DNA of 63,888 bases, counting the filler, from Reclinomonas americana ATCC 50394 (Eukaryota), in NCBI GenBank assembly GCA_048213135.1. It is 6 parts of 5 records of this genome, joined end to end, with 100 filler letters (N's around TTAATTAATTAA, not from the genome) between each part and the next. Parts side by side here need not be neighbours in the genome. Positions count along the whole stretch, not along the records: positions 21,890 to 40,750 come from PS015581.1; positions 40,851 to 48,725 come from PS015582.1; 4 more parts are not named here. One strand, written 5' to 3'. Both the position numbers and the translations under genes were made by a program. Shown piece by piece: positions 31,420-43,900 of this stretch. Below the pieces are notes generated by a model, which was given only the letters and a program-made list of their open reading frames with translations, did not search any database and was not told where the DNA came from. Each line of letters starts with the position of its first letter. Within the stretch, counting starts at the first letter, position 1.

Positions 31420-32452
31420 TCATGCCAGCAGCACATTCATCGACCGCCCAGCAGCTGGTGGCGATTGTGGTGAGCCAGCATACCCCGCATGCATCGACGA
31501 TGACATGGCAGCCATCTTGGCCGAGCGCGGCGACGAGGCTCCCTTCATCGCCGCAGACGACGACAACGACACAGCTCCCAGCGAAATATACGCAAACACT
31601 TGGAAGCCGGCGAAAATAAAAAAGAACAACGTCAACAGCAACGACAGGTTGAAGAGATGCGGTGATGCCACGGCCTGCGACATTCAAACAAAGTGAGTAA
31701 CACATGGAGATCTCCCTCAAACAACGCCCTCAAAAGTGACTCACGCAGTCTCTGGAGCTAAACACAAAGTAGGCCCCGGCGGTAAACCACGCGTAAATGC
31801 CCAGCATCACCGCGCTCTTGACCAGCGTGCGCGTGTGGCGCGGTAATCTCCTCCACGTGCGCCACAACGACCGCGGAAACGCCAAGCCACCAATGCACAC
31901 GCTCGTCGCCAGACACACCGACAAGAGGTACGTGCGCAGCGGCTGCGAGCGATCGCACGTTGTTCTCCACGACGACCACAGCACGAGGAACTCGGCAATG
32001 GCGAACGCGGAAAAGAAGACCAGCGCCAAACTCAGTGCAGGCGCCACGTGATCAAAGCCGGCCGTCACCACCGGGGTAAGAGGGGCAGCGGCGGGGGCGG
32101 CGGTGACAACGGGAGCAGCGAGGGGCGAGAGGACATCGAGCGACGGCAGCGGAGAGGCGATTGGCGTGGATGGCAGCGAAGGCGACGAGGTGGGCGAGGA
32201 GGGTGGGCGGGTCGATTTTGGTCTCAACTCGCTAATGTCGGTGCGTGATCGGCGGTGGTGTGAGCGGCGGCGTGAGGGAGACTGGCGGGAGGGGTAAGAG
32301 GGGGAAGGGTACATGGATTGCGGGACAGTGTGCGCGCAACTCCCATCAAGGTGGCGGAGGATCAGGAGGAGGGTGAGTCGGGTGAGAAGTGGACGCTCTT
32401 TTTCCTTCTTGGTGGGACGAGGCGGTCTGCGGGGTGCGAAAGAGTGAGTCAA
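31420..32452 (-). CDS. Putative 4-TM membrane protein, copy A
   Basis: Ser/Pro-rich N-terminus, then TM helices with W..TCDRSQPLRTYL and WFTAGAYFVFSSRDC|AVASPHLFNL (intron donor at 31744). This resembles the TM module of membrane RING E3 ligases, but no RING domain is seen. The 5' end is uncertain. Confidence 0.65.
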
Positions 32453-33546
32453 AGGGGGAAGGAGCAGAGCGGAAGGGGGGAAGAAGCGGAGCGGAAAGGG
32501 GGAAGGAGCAGAGCGGGANNNNNNNNNNNNNNNNNNNNNNNNNNNNNNNNNNNNNNNNNNNNNNNNNNNNNNNNNNNNNNNNNNNNNNNNNNNNNNNNNN
32601 NNNNNNNNNNNNNNNNNNNNNNNNNNNNNNNNNNNNNNNNNNNNNNNNNNNNNNNNNNNNNNNNNNNNNNNNNNNNNNNNNNNNNNNNNNNNNNNNNNNN
32701 NNNNNNNNNNNNNNNNNNNNNNNNNNNNNNNNNNNNNNNNNNNNNNNNNNNNNNNNNNNNNNNNNNNNNNNNNNNNNNNNNNNNNNNNNNNNNNNNNNNN
32801 NNNNNNNNNNNNNNNNNNNNNNNNNNNNNNNNNNNNNNNNNNNNNNNNNNNNNNNNNNNNNNNNNNNNNNNNNNNNNNNNNNNNNNNNNNNNNNNNNNNN
32901 NNNNNNNNNNNNNNNNNNNNNNNNNNNNNNNNNNNNNNNNNNNNNNNNNNNNNNNNNNNNNNNNNNNNNGGAAGGGGGAAAGGAGCGGAGCGGGAGGGGG
33001 GAAGGAGCAGAGCGGGAGGGGGGAAGGAGGAGAGCGGGAGGGGGGGAGGAGCACAGAAGGAGAGGAGAAAGAGCAGAGAGCGGGAGGGGGGAGGAGAGCG
33101 GGAGGGGGGAGGAGCAGAGCGGAAAGGGGGAAGCAGCAGAGCGGGAGGGAGGAAGGAGCAGAGCTGGAGGGGAAAGAAGCAGAGCGGGAGGGGTAAAAGA
33201 GCGGAGCGGGAGGGGAAGGAGAGAGAGATAAAGGGTGGATAAAGGGAGAATAGGAAGGGGAGATGGGAAAGGGTGCAAGGGGCAAAGCAGATGGTGAGAG
33301 GGAAAGAGCGGTCCGGGTAGATTTGGGTCTCAACTCGCGTGGTGTGAGCGGCGGTGGGAGGGGCGAGCTAAGCAAAATGTATGAAACACGAAAGGAAGAA
33401 GAGAGAGAAGCGAGAGACGAGTGGGGAGTAGAGAACACGAAGAAGAAGCAGCGGAGACAATAACAGTAACAGAGTGACATGGAGAGAGGAGAAGACAAAG
33501 CAAAGACAGAGAGCAAGGGCGGAATAAAAAAAGAAAGGCATTGCAG

Positions 33547-35349
33547 ACCTTGTGCAGGAACACCACAGCCTCGGCCAGTCCGAGACCGATCTGCACACGC
33601 TGTACGACGGGGAGCGGTTCTCGGCCGGCACGAGGCAGCAGCAACAGATCCTCAAGGTTGGGAACTCTGTGTGCTTCACAGTGAGATGATGATGGCGAAT
33701 GAGAGAAGGAGAGAGAGAGAGATGAGAAACGCACTGCATCGCCTTGTACACGAGACAGCGCGCCTTGTCGTCGCCCACCGAGTAGCCAACGAGAGGAACA
33801 ATGCGACGGTCATGCAGACGTCCGAAGGTGGCCACCTTGTGAGAAAAGGGAAAAAGGAAGAGGAGAAAGAGAGGAAATACAGAGGAGAGAGGAGAGACAG
33901 ACGATGCCAACGTCCGCGGTGCATCGGAGTCGAGCACTTTGATGGCTACGTGCATCTCGCGGAGGATGGAGATGAAGAGAGCACCCTGGCCACCTTCGCC
34001 AACCTTGAGACGGGGGGAGAATGAGTTGGTGGCTTGCGCTACACTGCAGTGCCGTCTGTGGAGGGCGCGCATGGGAAGTGAGAAAATCAAGATGCGAGAG
34101 ACGAAGACAGAACACTGAAACACATTAACCAAGAAAGAAAAACGAGACAGACCTTGCGTGAGGAGCAGATCCTGCCGCAGCTGGGAGACGAGTTGATCCT
34201 TCTCTTGCAGCTGCGCGGTGAGGTCGTCCTTGTCGCGCAGAGCCGCAGTCAGCTGAGCCTGCAGTCGATCATGAGCTTGCTGCCATTCCGCGACAGTTTG
34301 CTCGAGCCGGGCGTTCTTCTGCTGCTCCTCGACCTTATCGCGATGAACCTTCGTCACTGCAAGCTGCAGTTGAGCAACCACGTGTTCGTGCTCTCGTCGC
34401 TGCCGATCCCACTCTCGCTGCTGCTGCTCTCTCTCCGACTGTACTGCCACCAGATCGCGTTGGAGTCGGATGAGAAGTGCGTCTTTTTCGGCGGAATCAT
34501 CGCCAGCCGCCTGCACAAAAGTCGAGTACGCGACGGAAACATGAGAAGGAGAATCAGCAGAACAGCACTCTCCATCTCTCACCTGGCACGCAGGCACTGC
34601 TTGATTCGCAGGGCGTGAAAATACACAAGGTCGAGTGTGAGCACGAGCGGCACAACAAGCCAACAAACAAAAGAGATCACACCTGCAGGAGGCGGTGACC
34701 GCTGCCTGCGTGGTGCCGACTGCACAGCGCGGCGATCGAGAAACTCAGCCACTGGCAGGTGGCCTTGCTCGCGGGCCCACTGAGCAGCCGTCTGGCCCTT
34801 CCCATTGACCACGTGAACGAGGTCGGGGAAGCGAGTGGCGAGGAGTCGCACAACGCCTGCGTGGCCGTTCCGGGCGGCATAGTGCAGCGCAGTGGACTGC
34901 GGAGTCACAGCACTGTCACTGGTGACCGCGCGCACCATCTCCGGCGGACATCGTCGCTCATCGGCCAGCAGCCACTCCACTGCTTGCAGACGGCCATAAT
35001 AGGCCGCCGTGATCAGTGGCGTCCAGCCATCGTCGGCGACCATTTGTGCGAGTTCTGGTCCCACTGCACTCTCCTCCCACAGACACGCCAACACAGGGAG
35101 ATGGCCAGTCTCGGCGGCATAGTAGAACGCAGAGCGGCCAAACTCATCCATCTCCTCTCTGTTGAGCAGAGTGCGTGAGCCCTCGCGCGTCACCAACTCG
35201 CGCAGTGCCTGCACATCGCCTTCCTCTGCCATGACGCATGCTTTCTTCCGAGGAGCACTGTCAAAGAAAGAGACATACATAAGTACGCAACAAAAGAGTC
35301 AGAGAGAGAGAGAGGGAGAAAGGACAACAACAAAAGCAGCACACCTCAT
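33547..35349 (-). pseudogene. Ankyrin-coiled coil-kinase copy 5, kinase disrupted
   Basis: Ankyrin and coiled-coil exons are open. The first kinase exon has CAG>TAG (34039-34041), a frameshifting deletion of RFEWPEI, and loss of the ESFESE|GT donor. The HRD/DFG and terminal exons are not seen before the gap. Confidence 0.8.
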
Positions 35350-36109
35350 TCTCTTTTATCTCGAGCCAGTGGGAAACAACAGCAACTCTCTCTTTCTCTC
35401 TTTGGTCCTCGCACACACTGCCTTCTCGTGCTCTTTTTTTCCGCGTGTCCTTTTTCACACAACAGCGGACAAGAGATTGGACAACAACGTAACAACAACA
35501 AACAAGCGCATAGCGACAACCAAGTCTTAAACATCAACACAAACACCAGTCTTGAGGCAGCGGCAGGTTTACTTGTGCGTGTGTTCATCTCGACTTCGGA
35601 GCTTCGAACAAGTCACGACGTCGACAACTGCGATCTTCACCGCGCGCATAAGCGTGGTTGAACAGTGGATTTGACGCACTTGCATACAGACGCACAGCGT
35701 TTTCTGTGATCATACACGGCACATCCAATCTCGGGAAAAGGCCACAGCCAGGCAAACAAAGCAAAGCCGGGTCTGGATCCGGGAAGCAAGCAATTGCAAA
35801 GCAGTGGAGGCGTCGTCATTCTTGATACACAAACAAGCGACAGCTGTCTTGATGACCAAGTCCAACCACACATTTATCAAAGCATTAACACAAACACCAG
35901 TCTTGAGGGCAGCGGCAGGTTTTCGCTCACGGAAAGCCTCATCCATTTCTCCCTGACATGCGCGCGTGCCAGCTGCACATCGTCAGCACGATGTTTCCAC
36001 ACGATCCTAAGCCCCCACGTTGGAGCTGCACGTTGACAGATATTGTCCACAAGTATTACAAACTGACCGAAAGGCAGACTGCCATTGGATCAATTCACAA
36101 GCCTTCATG

Positions 36110-38925
36110 TCATAGTTCCAGCGTGAACTGCCCACATGCCTCCCTTAGAGCACGCATCACATCTAGCACCTCCTGCGCTGTCGGTCGATCACGTCGCATG
36201 CTCATGCACCGCATGCCGAGCTCAAACATCGGTTCAGCGATGCGCGGAGTCCACTCTGCTCCACGATCGACCAGCTCCATCGGGCGCAACGAGGCGGCGG
36301 AGCGATCCCATTCCACAGACCAGTCCACGACGGTGGCCACAGGCTTGCCAGTGACCAGCTGCACCAGCACAATGCCCACGCTGTACACATCGTGCTCTGG
36401 GTGGGGACGGCGAACGCGCATCGCCATCGGGTCCATGTAATCCAGCGTGCCGGCAGCCGTTGTTGTCTGCGGGATGTGAGAAGGTGAGAGAGAGGAAGGG
36501 AGAAAGAAAAGGGACCCATCAAACCTTGCCATCAGCAATCGACCTGGCGATGCCAAAGTCGCCAAGACATGGCTCCAATCGGTGATCTAGGAGCACGTTG
36601 GAGGGCTTGATGTCGCGGTGTACCACATTGTTCTGCGAGGGGAGGTGAGTGAGGCGAGGAACAAAGCATGAAAGACACCAGGAAAGGGAAAGAATGCGGC
36701 CCGAGAGACAGGGAAGATAAGAAGAGTGACGCCGAGAGAAGAGAGCAAAGGGCACGAACAGAGAGCAAGGGCTATTCAGAGAGAGAACACGTGAAAGTGG
36801 GAGAGACAAGAACAGCGAATGAGTAACGACGAGAGAAGAGGAAGAGAGTGCAGCAACAGAGAGCTCGGGTGACAAAGAAAGGGAGAATGGGATATGGAGG
36901 ATGATATCAACATCGCACAAACCTTGTGCAAGAACACCACAGCCTCGGCCAGTCCGAGACCAATCTGCACACGCTGCACGACAGAGAGTGGCGCACGACC
37001 GGCGCGTGGCAGTAGCAGCAGATCCTCCAGGTTGGGAACTCTGTGCGCTTTAAGTGAGAAGAAGACGGACACAAGAAAGAAGGAGAGAGAGATGATCACG
37101 CACTGCAGGGCCTTGTACACGAGACAGCGTGCCTTGTCGTCACCCACCGAGTAGCCGACAAGAGGCACGATGCGACGGTCGCGCAGGCGACCGAGAGTGG
37201 CCACCTGTGAGATGTGGAGAAGGATGAGAGGAAAGAGCGGGAAGAAGCAGAAGAGGGACACAGACCTCGCTCTCAAACGACTCCATCGTCCACGGTGCAG
37301 CGGGGTCGAGCACCTTGATGGCCACGTGCATCTCGCGGAGGATGGAGATAAAGACGGCGCCCTGGCCACCCTCGCCGACCTTGAGGCGGGGAGAGAATGA
37401 ATCGGTGGCTTGCATGATCTCGGGCCACTCGAAGCGCTGCACGGCTGTGTCGACTGTGGCGGGGGTGATGGGGAAGTGAGACATGGGTGAGAGTGAAGGA
37501 CACGGAACACTGACATGAAGAAAGAAAGAGGACAAGAGACAGACCTTGGGTGAGGAGGAGATCCTGTCGCAGCTGGGAGACGAGTTGATTGCTTTCTTGC
37601 AACTGCGCGGCGAAGACGTCCTTGTCACGCAGAGCCGCAGTCAGCTGAGCTTGCAGTTGGCCGTGAGCTTGTTGCCATTCCGTGACAATTTGCTGCAATT
37701 GAGCGATTTGATGTTGTCCGTCAGCGTGAGCTCGCTGCCATTCACCGACCACCTGCTGCAGTTGGGCGACCTTGTGCTGCTCCTCAGCCTTGGCTCGCTC
37801 AAGCTCCGTCACTGCACGCTGCAGCTGGCCATTTCGATGCCGCTCCTCGGCCTTGTCCCGTTGCAGTTCCGTTACCGCACGCTGCAGCTGAGCGACAATG
37901 TCCTCGTGCTCTCGCCGCTGTCGATCCCACTCCCGCTGCTGCTCCTCTCGCTCCTGCTGCGCGGCGGCAAGATCGCGCTGCAGTTGCGCAAGGAGTGCGT
38001 CCTTGTCGGCGGGTTGGCGTGCGACGGTGGGATCATCACCAGCCGCCTGCAATTTACGCGAGTGCGAGGGAGACACGGAACGGATGCGAGATGTGAGTTT
38101 CACGAGCAACAGGAAGCAGAGAGTGGTACTCTCCGTCTCACCTGGCGTGCTAGTACTGCATATTCGCCAGGAACGACACACACAAGGGCAAACCACAGGT
38201 GGTGGAGCGTGAGCACGAACAAAACATGCTACAGACAGAGAAACCACACCTGCAGGAGGCGGAGATCGCGGCTGCTGTTGTTGCTGTTGGGGTGGTGGTG
38301 GTGCTGGTTGTGCAGCGAGGCGGTCGAGCAAGTCGGCCACTTGCTGCTTGCCTTCGTCGCGTGCCCATTGAGCCGCTGTCTTGCCCGCCTTGTTGACCAT
38401 GGGAATGAGGTCGGGGAAGCGAGTGGCGAGGAGTCGCACAATGGATTCGTGGCCCCAGCGGGCAGCATAATGCAGTGCAGTGGACTGCGGATACTCCGCA
38501 CGGTCATTGGTGACGGCCCGCACCATCTCCGGCGGACATCGTCGCTCATCGGCAAGCAACCACTCCACCACTTGCAGACGTCCATGGGCGGCAGCCGTCA
38601 TCAGTGGCGTGAAGCCAATGTGGTTGACCATTTGTGCGAGTTGTGGTCCCACGCCACTCTCCTCCCACAAATACTCCAACACAGAGAGATGGCCTCTGGC
38701 AGCGGCATAGTAGAACGCAGAACAGCCATCATCCATCTCCTCTCTCCTCAGCAGAGTCTGTGCGCCCTCACGTGCCACCAACTCGCGCAGTGCCTTCACA
38801 TCGCCCTCCATTCCCATCTTCCATGCTTTCTTCCGAGGAGAACTGCCACCAAATAGGCGAAAAGCAGAAGCGCGAGTGAGAGTGAGAGAGAGAATGCCAC
38901 CTGACAACATCACAGCACACCTCAT
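36110..38925 (-). CDS. Ankyrin-coiled coil-IRAK/RLK-like kinase, copy 6
   Basis: ATGAG at 38921-38925. Exon set complete, with the longest coiled coil. Stop at 36110. Confidence 0.92.
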
Positions 38926-38954
38926 TTTCTTTGAGAGCAAGCAACAGTAGCGTA

Positions 38955-38999
<45 letters not shown>

Positions 39000-39243
39000 G
39001 TTGTGTGTCTCTCACACTGCGCGACAGCCTTTTTTCCGCGAGTCATGTGTCAATAGCGGACAACGATTGCACGACGTGCCATGACTCGCAAGAGGAGAGC
39101 ATGCGGAGCTTTGAGGGCTGCATCAATCCTGCTCGCCGACACAGGTTTCTGCAAGTTGCAAGCCTGCAGCACGACGTTCTCTTCTGCTCAGGCTCCACTT
39201 CGGCTGCACGACTGTACATGTCGACGTCGTGGCGCGCACTCAC

Positions 39244-39415
39244 CTTCATCTCAAAGCTCCGCCCGCACGCCTCTCGCAGTGCGCGCATCACATCGCACCT
39301 CTAACGCCGTCTGTCGGCCGCGTCGCACGCCGAGTTCAAACATCGTTCAGCAATGCGAGGCATCCACTATTCACTTCACCGCCCACCAACTCCACGGGGC
39401 GCAACGAGGCCGTGA
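39244..39415 (-). pseudogene. Decayed remnant of the kinase terminal exon
   Basis: Contains MRALREACGRSFE-like sequence with indels. Paralogous to 30965-31135. Confidence 0.75.
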
Positions 39416-39713
39416 TACACCCATCCCCTCCTCCCCTCTCCCCTCCATACAAAAATTCCCTGTCCCCCACTCCCCTTCCCCTAGACCCCCTTCCCCTCCC
39501 TCCACCCCACCTACAAGTATTGCTCGTTCCATTCATTCCCTCCCTCTTTGTACAAGTCCAACACATTGCAAAATAATAAAAACCCCCACGACCACATGTC
39601 GGAGAACAAAAACCCCCACTAAACAAGAAAAAAATGTCAAGCCCCCAACTGCGCTGCTACGAGCACATGACACAAAAATAAACCCACACGATCCTAAAAT
39701 AAACAACAACACA

Positions 39714-40745
39714 TCATGCCAGCAGCACATTCATCGGCCGCGCTGGTGGTGGAGATTGTGGTGAGCCAGCGTACCCCGCATGCATCGACGATGACATCGC
39801 AGCCATCTTGGCCGAGCGCGGCGACGAGGCTCCCTTCATCGCCACAGACGACGACAACGACACAGCTCCCAGCGAAATATACGCAAACACTTGGAAGCCG
39901 GCGAAAATAAAAAAGAACAGCGTCAACAACAACGACAGGTTGAAGAGATGCGGCGATGCCACGGCCTGCGACATTCAAATATAGTGAGTGACTCATGGAG
40001 ATCTCCCTCACACAACGCCCTTAATAAAACTCACGCAGTCTCTGGAGCTAAAAACAAAGTAGGCACCGGCCGTGAACCACGCGTAAATGCCCAGCATCAC
40101 CGCGCTCTTGACCAGCGTGCGCGTGTGGCGCGGTAATCTCCTCCACGTGCGCCACAACGACCGCGGAAACGCCAGACCACCAATGCACACGCTCGTCGCC
40201 AGGCACACCGACAAGAGGTACGTGCGCAGCGGCTGCGAGCGATCGCACGTTGTTCTCCACGACGACCACAGCACGAGGAACTCGGCAATGGCGAACGCGG
40301 AAAAGAAGACCAGCGCCAAACTCAGTGCAGGCGCCACGTGATCAAAGCCGGCCGTCACCACCGGAGTAAAAGGGGCGGTGGTCGGGGCGGCTGTGACAGC
40401 GGGAGCAGCGAGGGGCGAGAGGACGTCGAGCGACGGCAGCGGCGAGGCGATTGGCGTGGATGGCAGCGAGGGCGACGAGGTGGGCGAGGAGGGTGGGCGG
40501 GTCGATTTTGGTCTCAATTCGCTGATATCGGTGCGTGATCGGCGGTGGTGTGAGCGGCGGCGGGAGGGAGACTGGCGGGAGGGGTTAGAAGGGGGAGGGA
40601 AAGGGGGGCTTCCAGGCGAGTGTGTGCGCAACTCCCATCAAAGTGGCGGATGATGATGAGGACGGTGAGTCGGGGGAAAAGTGGACGCTCTTTTTCCTTC
40701 TTGGTGGGACGAGGCGGTCTGCGGGGGTGGGGGGAAGAGTGAGAC
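39714..40745 (-). CDS. Putative 4-TM membrane protein, copy B
   Basis: Near-identical protein to copy A with the same intron. The 5' end runs into a gap. Confidence 0.65.
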
Positions 40746-40921
40746 AAAGGNNNNNNNNNNNNNNNNNNNNNNNNNNNNNNNNNNNNNNNNNNNNTTAATT
40801 AATTAANNNNNNNNNNNNNNNNNNNNNNNNNNNNNNNNNNNNNNNNNNNNTCTTTGATGTCCTCGCGTCACGTAATGTCTCAACTTTGCGGTGCATGCAC
40901 ACAGCTGCTCGCCAGGAGCAC

Positions 40922-43900
40922 ATGGAACACACGGCGATGGAAGGCATCGTCGAGGTACAGTTGCTGTATGTCATCCCAAGATGAGCGTGTCTCTCACTGA
41001 ACTCTCTCTCACTCTTGTGATGATTGCACAGCAACGTGCGATGAGGCAGCAAGTCGTCTCGTCTCTGGTGGATCACTATGAGGACTCGCCTGCACGTGAC
41101 TCAGTTGAGACATCGTCCCGCAAGCGTTCTCTGGAGGTGAGCTCCGATGAGGCATGCGTCTCAACCTGCCTCTCGCTCGTGCATCGCAGTTGACAGCTGA
41201 TGTTTTCCCTTCGTTCTCCGCAGGTGGATGCATCCAGCGAGGACGAGCTTGCACCGCCAAAGAAGAAAAAGAAGGTGTGGATTCTGTCTCTGACATTTTT
41301 GTGCTTGTTCATCGATCTGCATGTGGGTTCTTGTGTGTCATGGTGGTTTCACAGTGTGGCAAGGGTCAAGCTGCGAAAGAGGCAGAGGAGTTGAACGCAG
41401 AAGAGAAGCTGTTGTTGAACAAGCTGCTCGTTGAGTGTGCATTCTCTCTGTCGTCATTGCAACCTAGCGCACTCCTCCTTCTCCTCATCTCTTCATGTGT
41501 CACTCGCAGCGATGCAATCGGAAGAGGATTCTGCTGAAGGCATTCGGACTGTTGGCACCCATTGTCCAAGAATCCACAGTCATTCACCATCGGAGTGTTC
41601 TCTTTGAGCTGGCCTGTGACGACTGCGGAATTCCGTTGTCGGAACGGAGTCGCACGTCGTCTGCTGTCAAGTGTGCATTTGGCAAGAAGCTTGGCGGGAC
41701 TGCCAATAGCTCGCGAAGCATGATGCCCAAGTCAGTGGAGGGTGTGCTCCGTAGCGTGAGTAACTATATCGAGGTGAGAAAGCATGTGTGCTTTGACAAT
41801 TGTGGCACGTGAACCAACATGCAAATGATTGCAATCCTTCAGATGAGCCAGCTAGTTGGCGCGGCTCTGGTGGATGTTGTGGAGAGACCGCTGATTGTGG
41901 TGGCTGAGCGTGGGTATTCGGAGGTGCATTCGTGTTGCATGATTGTTTTCGACAGCGATGAGGCTGACAGGTTTCACCCAATCTACTTGCGTGTGACAGG
42001 AATCGTGGGAGATTTTGCGCCCCTCAAACAAGACCAAGAAAGATCATCTCCTGCCGTTTGTCAAGCGGGCTATGGATGCGTTGCGCGAGTGCAATGGTCT
42101 CATGACTGCTCTGCTTCGAGACAGTCGCCTCTCTGAGGCCGAGATGTCACGTGCCGTCATGTGGTGCCATGCAATAGGTCTGCGATCTCAAGTGGCAGTT
42201 AGTGTTGCTTGCGCTGGTGTTGATGAGCACCACGCAGGATCTGGCGATGTGAAGATGGCGGTGAAGGAGGAGAAGGAGGTGGAAGAAGAGAATGATGCCG
42301 TCAAGCTTGAAGACTATGACATCTAGGTACGCAGCAATAGTGCATGAGTAATAGAGGCTTGTAGCGAATGTGCGAGTCTTCATCGACTCGGTCAAGCGTT
42401 AATTTCTTGTGTTTATAGGTGGATACAGGCGGTGACAGTGACGAAGAATCAAGACCCAGAATGGTATAACGAGACAATGTCTGTGTATGGTTGGTGAGGC
42501 AGATTTGTTGATTGTGCCGTGGTGTGCGCATTTGCAGCGGGTCAAGAGTGGTCGCCATGCGTTCGATGCGGAGATGAGCAAGGACGAGCGAATGGTGTTG
42601 GACAGACTGCTTGTTGCGTGTCGTGTGCATGTCCACAGCACCTTACCAAGGCTGAGTGATTGATTCTTCCGTGTGCATGCTTGTCGTAACACTTGTTGCA
42701 TTGTGTATGTGCAAAAAGCGATGCAACAAGAAGAAGATACTGGTGAAGGCATTCGGCTTCATGGCTCCTGTTGTGAAACGACACGCAGTCTGGCATCATC
42801 GGCGAGTTCTTGTTCAACTCGCCTGCAAGGAGTGCGGCATCTCATCATCTGGAGGAGACAGTCTGCGGTCTGCAGTCATGGACTCATTCGGCAAGAGCCT
42901 TGGTTTATTCGCCCAACATTCACGCACCCAAACGTCCAAGTCAGTTGCAGGAGTGCTGCAGAGCATGAGCAAGTTCATCGAGGTGAGTATCTGTCTGTTC
43001 TGTCCGTCTCACGCATAACTGGAAAGTGATCCAACATCGCTGCATAATGCAACGGTGTAGAAGAGCGAACTGCGCGGCGCCGCACTGGCGAATGCCATCG
43101 AGAGACCACTGATTGTGGTGGATGAACGTGGTTATTCTGAGGTGCGCCAACTTTTCCCTGTGCGCTTTTTGTACTTCTGCTTTGAGTTGTTGAATTACAT
43201 GCTTCTTCCACGATGTCGGTCGTGCTGCAGGAGTCATGGAAGACGGTGGCGAATAAAGGGAGGAGCATGGACCGTCTCCTGCCGCTCGTCTCCCAAGCCG
43301 CGCAGGCGCTACGGGAGTGTCCTGGCTTGCAAACGTCGTTGATTCGAGACGGCTGTCTCTCGGAAGTGGAGATCGCACGGGCCGTCGAGTGGTGCGCCGA
43401 AAAAGGTCTGATGGCATCGAGTACGTCCTACCGTGCTTGGGGTCAGAACCGACAAGTGAGATGCAGCTCTGCTGGAGGCGAAGGTGATGAAAAAAGAAGA
43501 GATGAAGGAGGAGGAGGAGGAGGAGGAGAAGGATGATTCGAGGGAGGAAATGGACGACGATGAGGACGAGGACATGGGCGATGGTGAACGGAGCAAGGTA
43601 CGACCATGGATGGTGTGGCGGTTGTGCACACTGTGACAGCATCTCATGATGTGTGTCCACAGCGACGAGGGAGAGGTTCTGCGGCTATGAGCAAAGACGA
43701 ACAGCTGTTGCTAGCAAGGCTTCTTGTTGCGTGTGTTTGCATTTATGTCCTTCTCTGGCAGTCGTCTGACTGATTGTGTGTTCATCGCACCACCCATGTG
43801 ATTCATGGGAGAGCAGTGCTGCAACAGGAAAGAGATACTGGTGAAGGCGTTTGGCATCATGGCACCGACCGTGATGAGATCCACAGTCCGCCATCACCAG

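Larger units (their letters stand above)
27646..32455. repeat. Segmental duplication unit A (~4.8 kb), direct copy at ~35886-40745
   Basis: Colinear similarity through the 3' flank, kinase gene, kinase-exon remnant and membrane gene. Confidence 0.85.
35886..40745. repeat. Segmental duplication unit B
   Basis: Direct copy of ~27646-32455. Confidence 0.85.

Noticed and set aside
37546..38856. 436-aa antisense ORF, and similar ORFs opposite the other kinase copies
   Set aside because: Shadow frames of GC-rich, CAG-rich coding exons with no motifs of their own.
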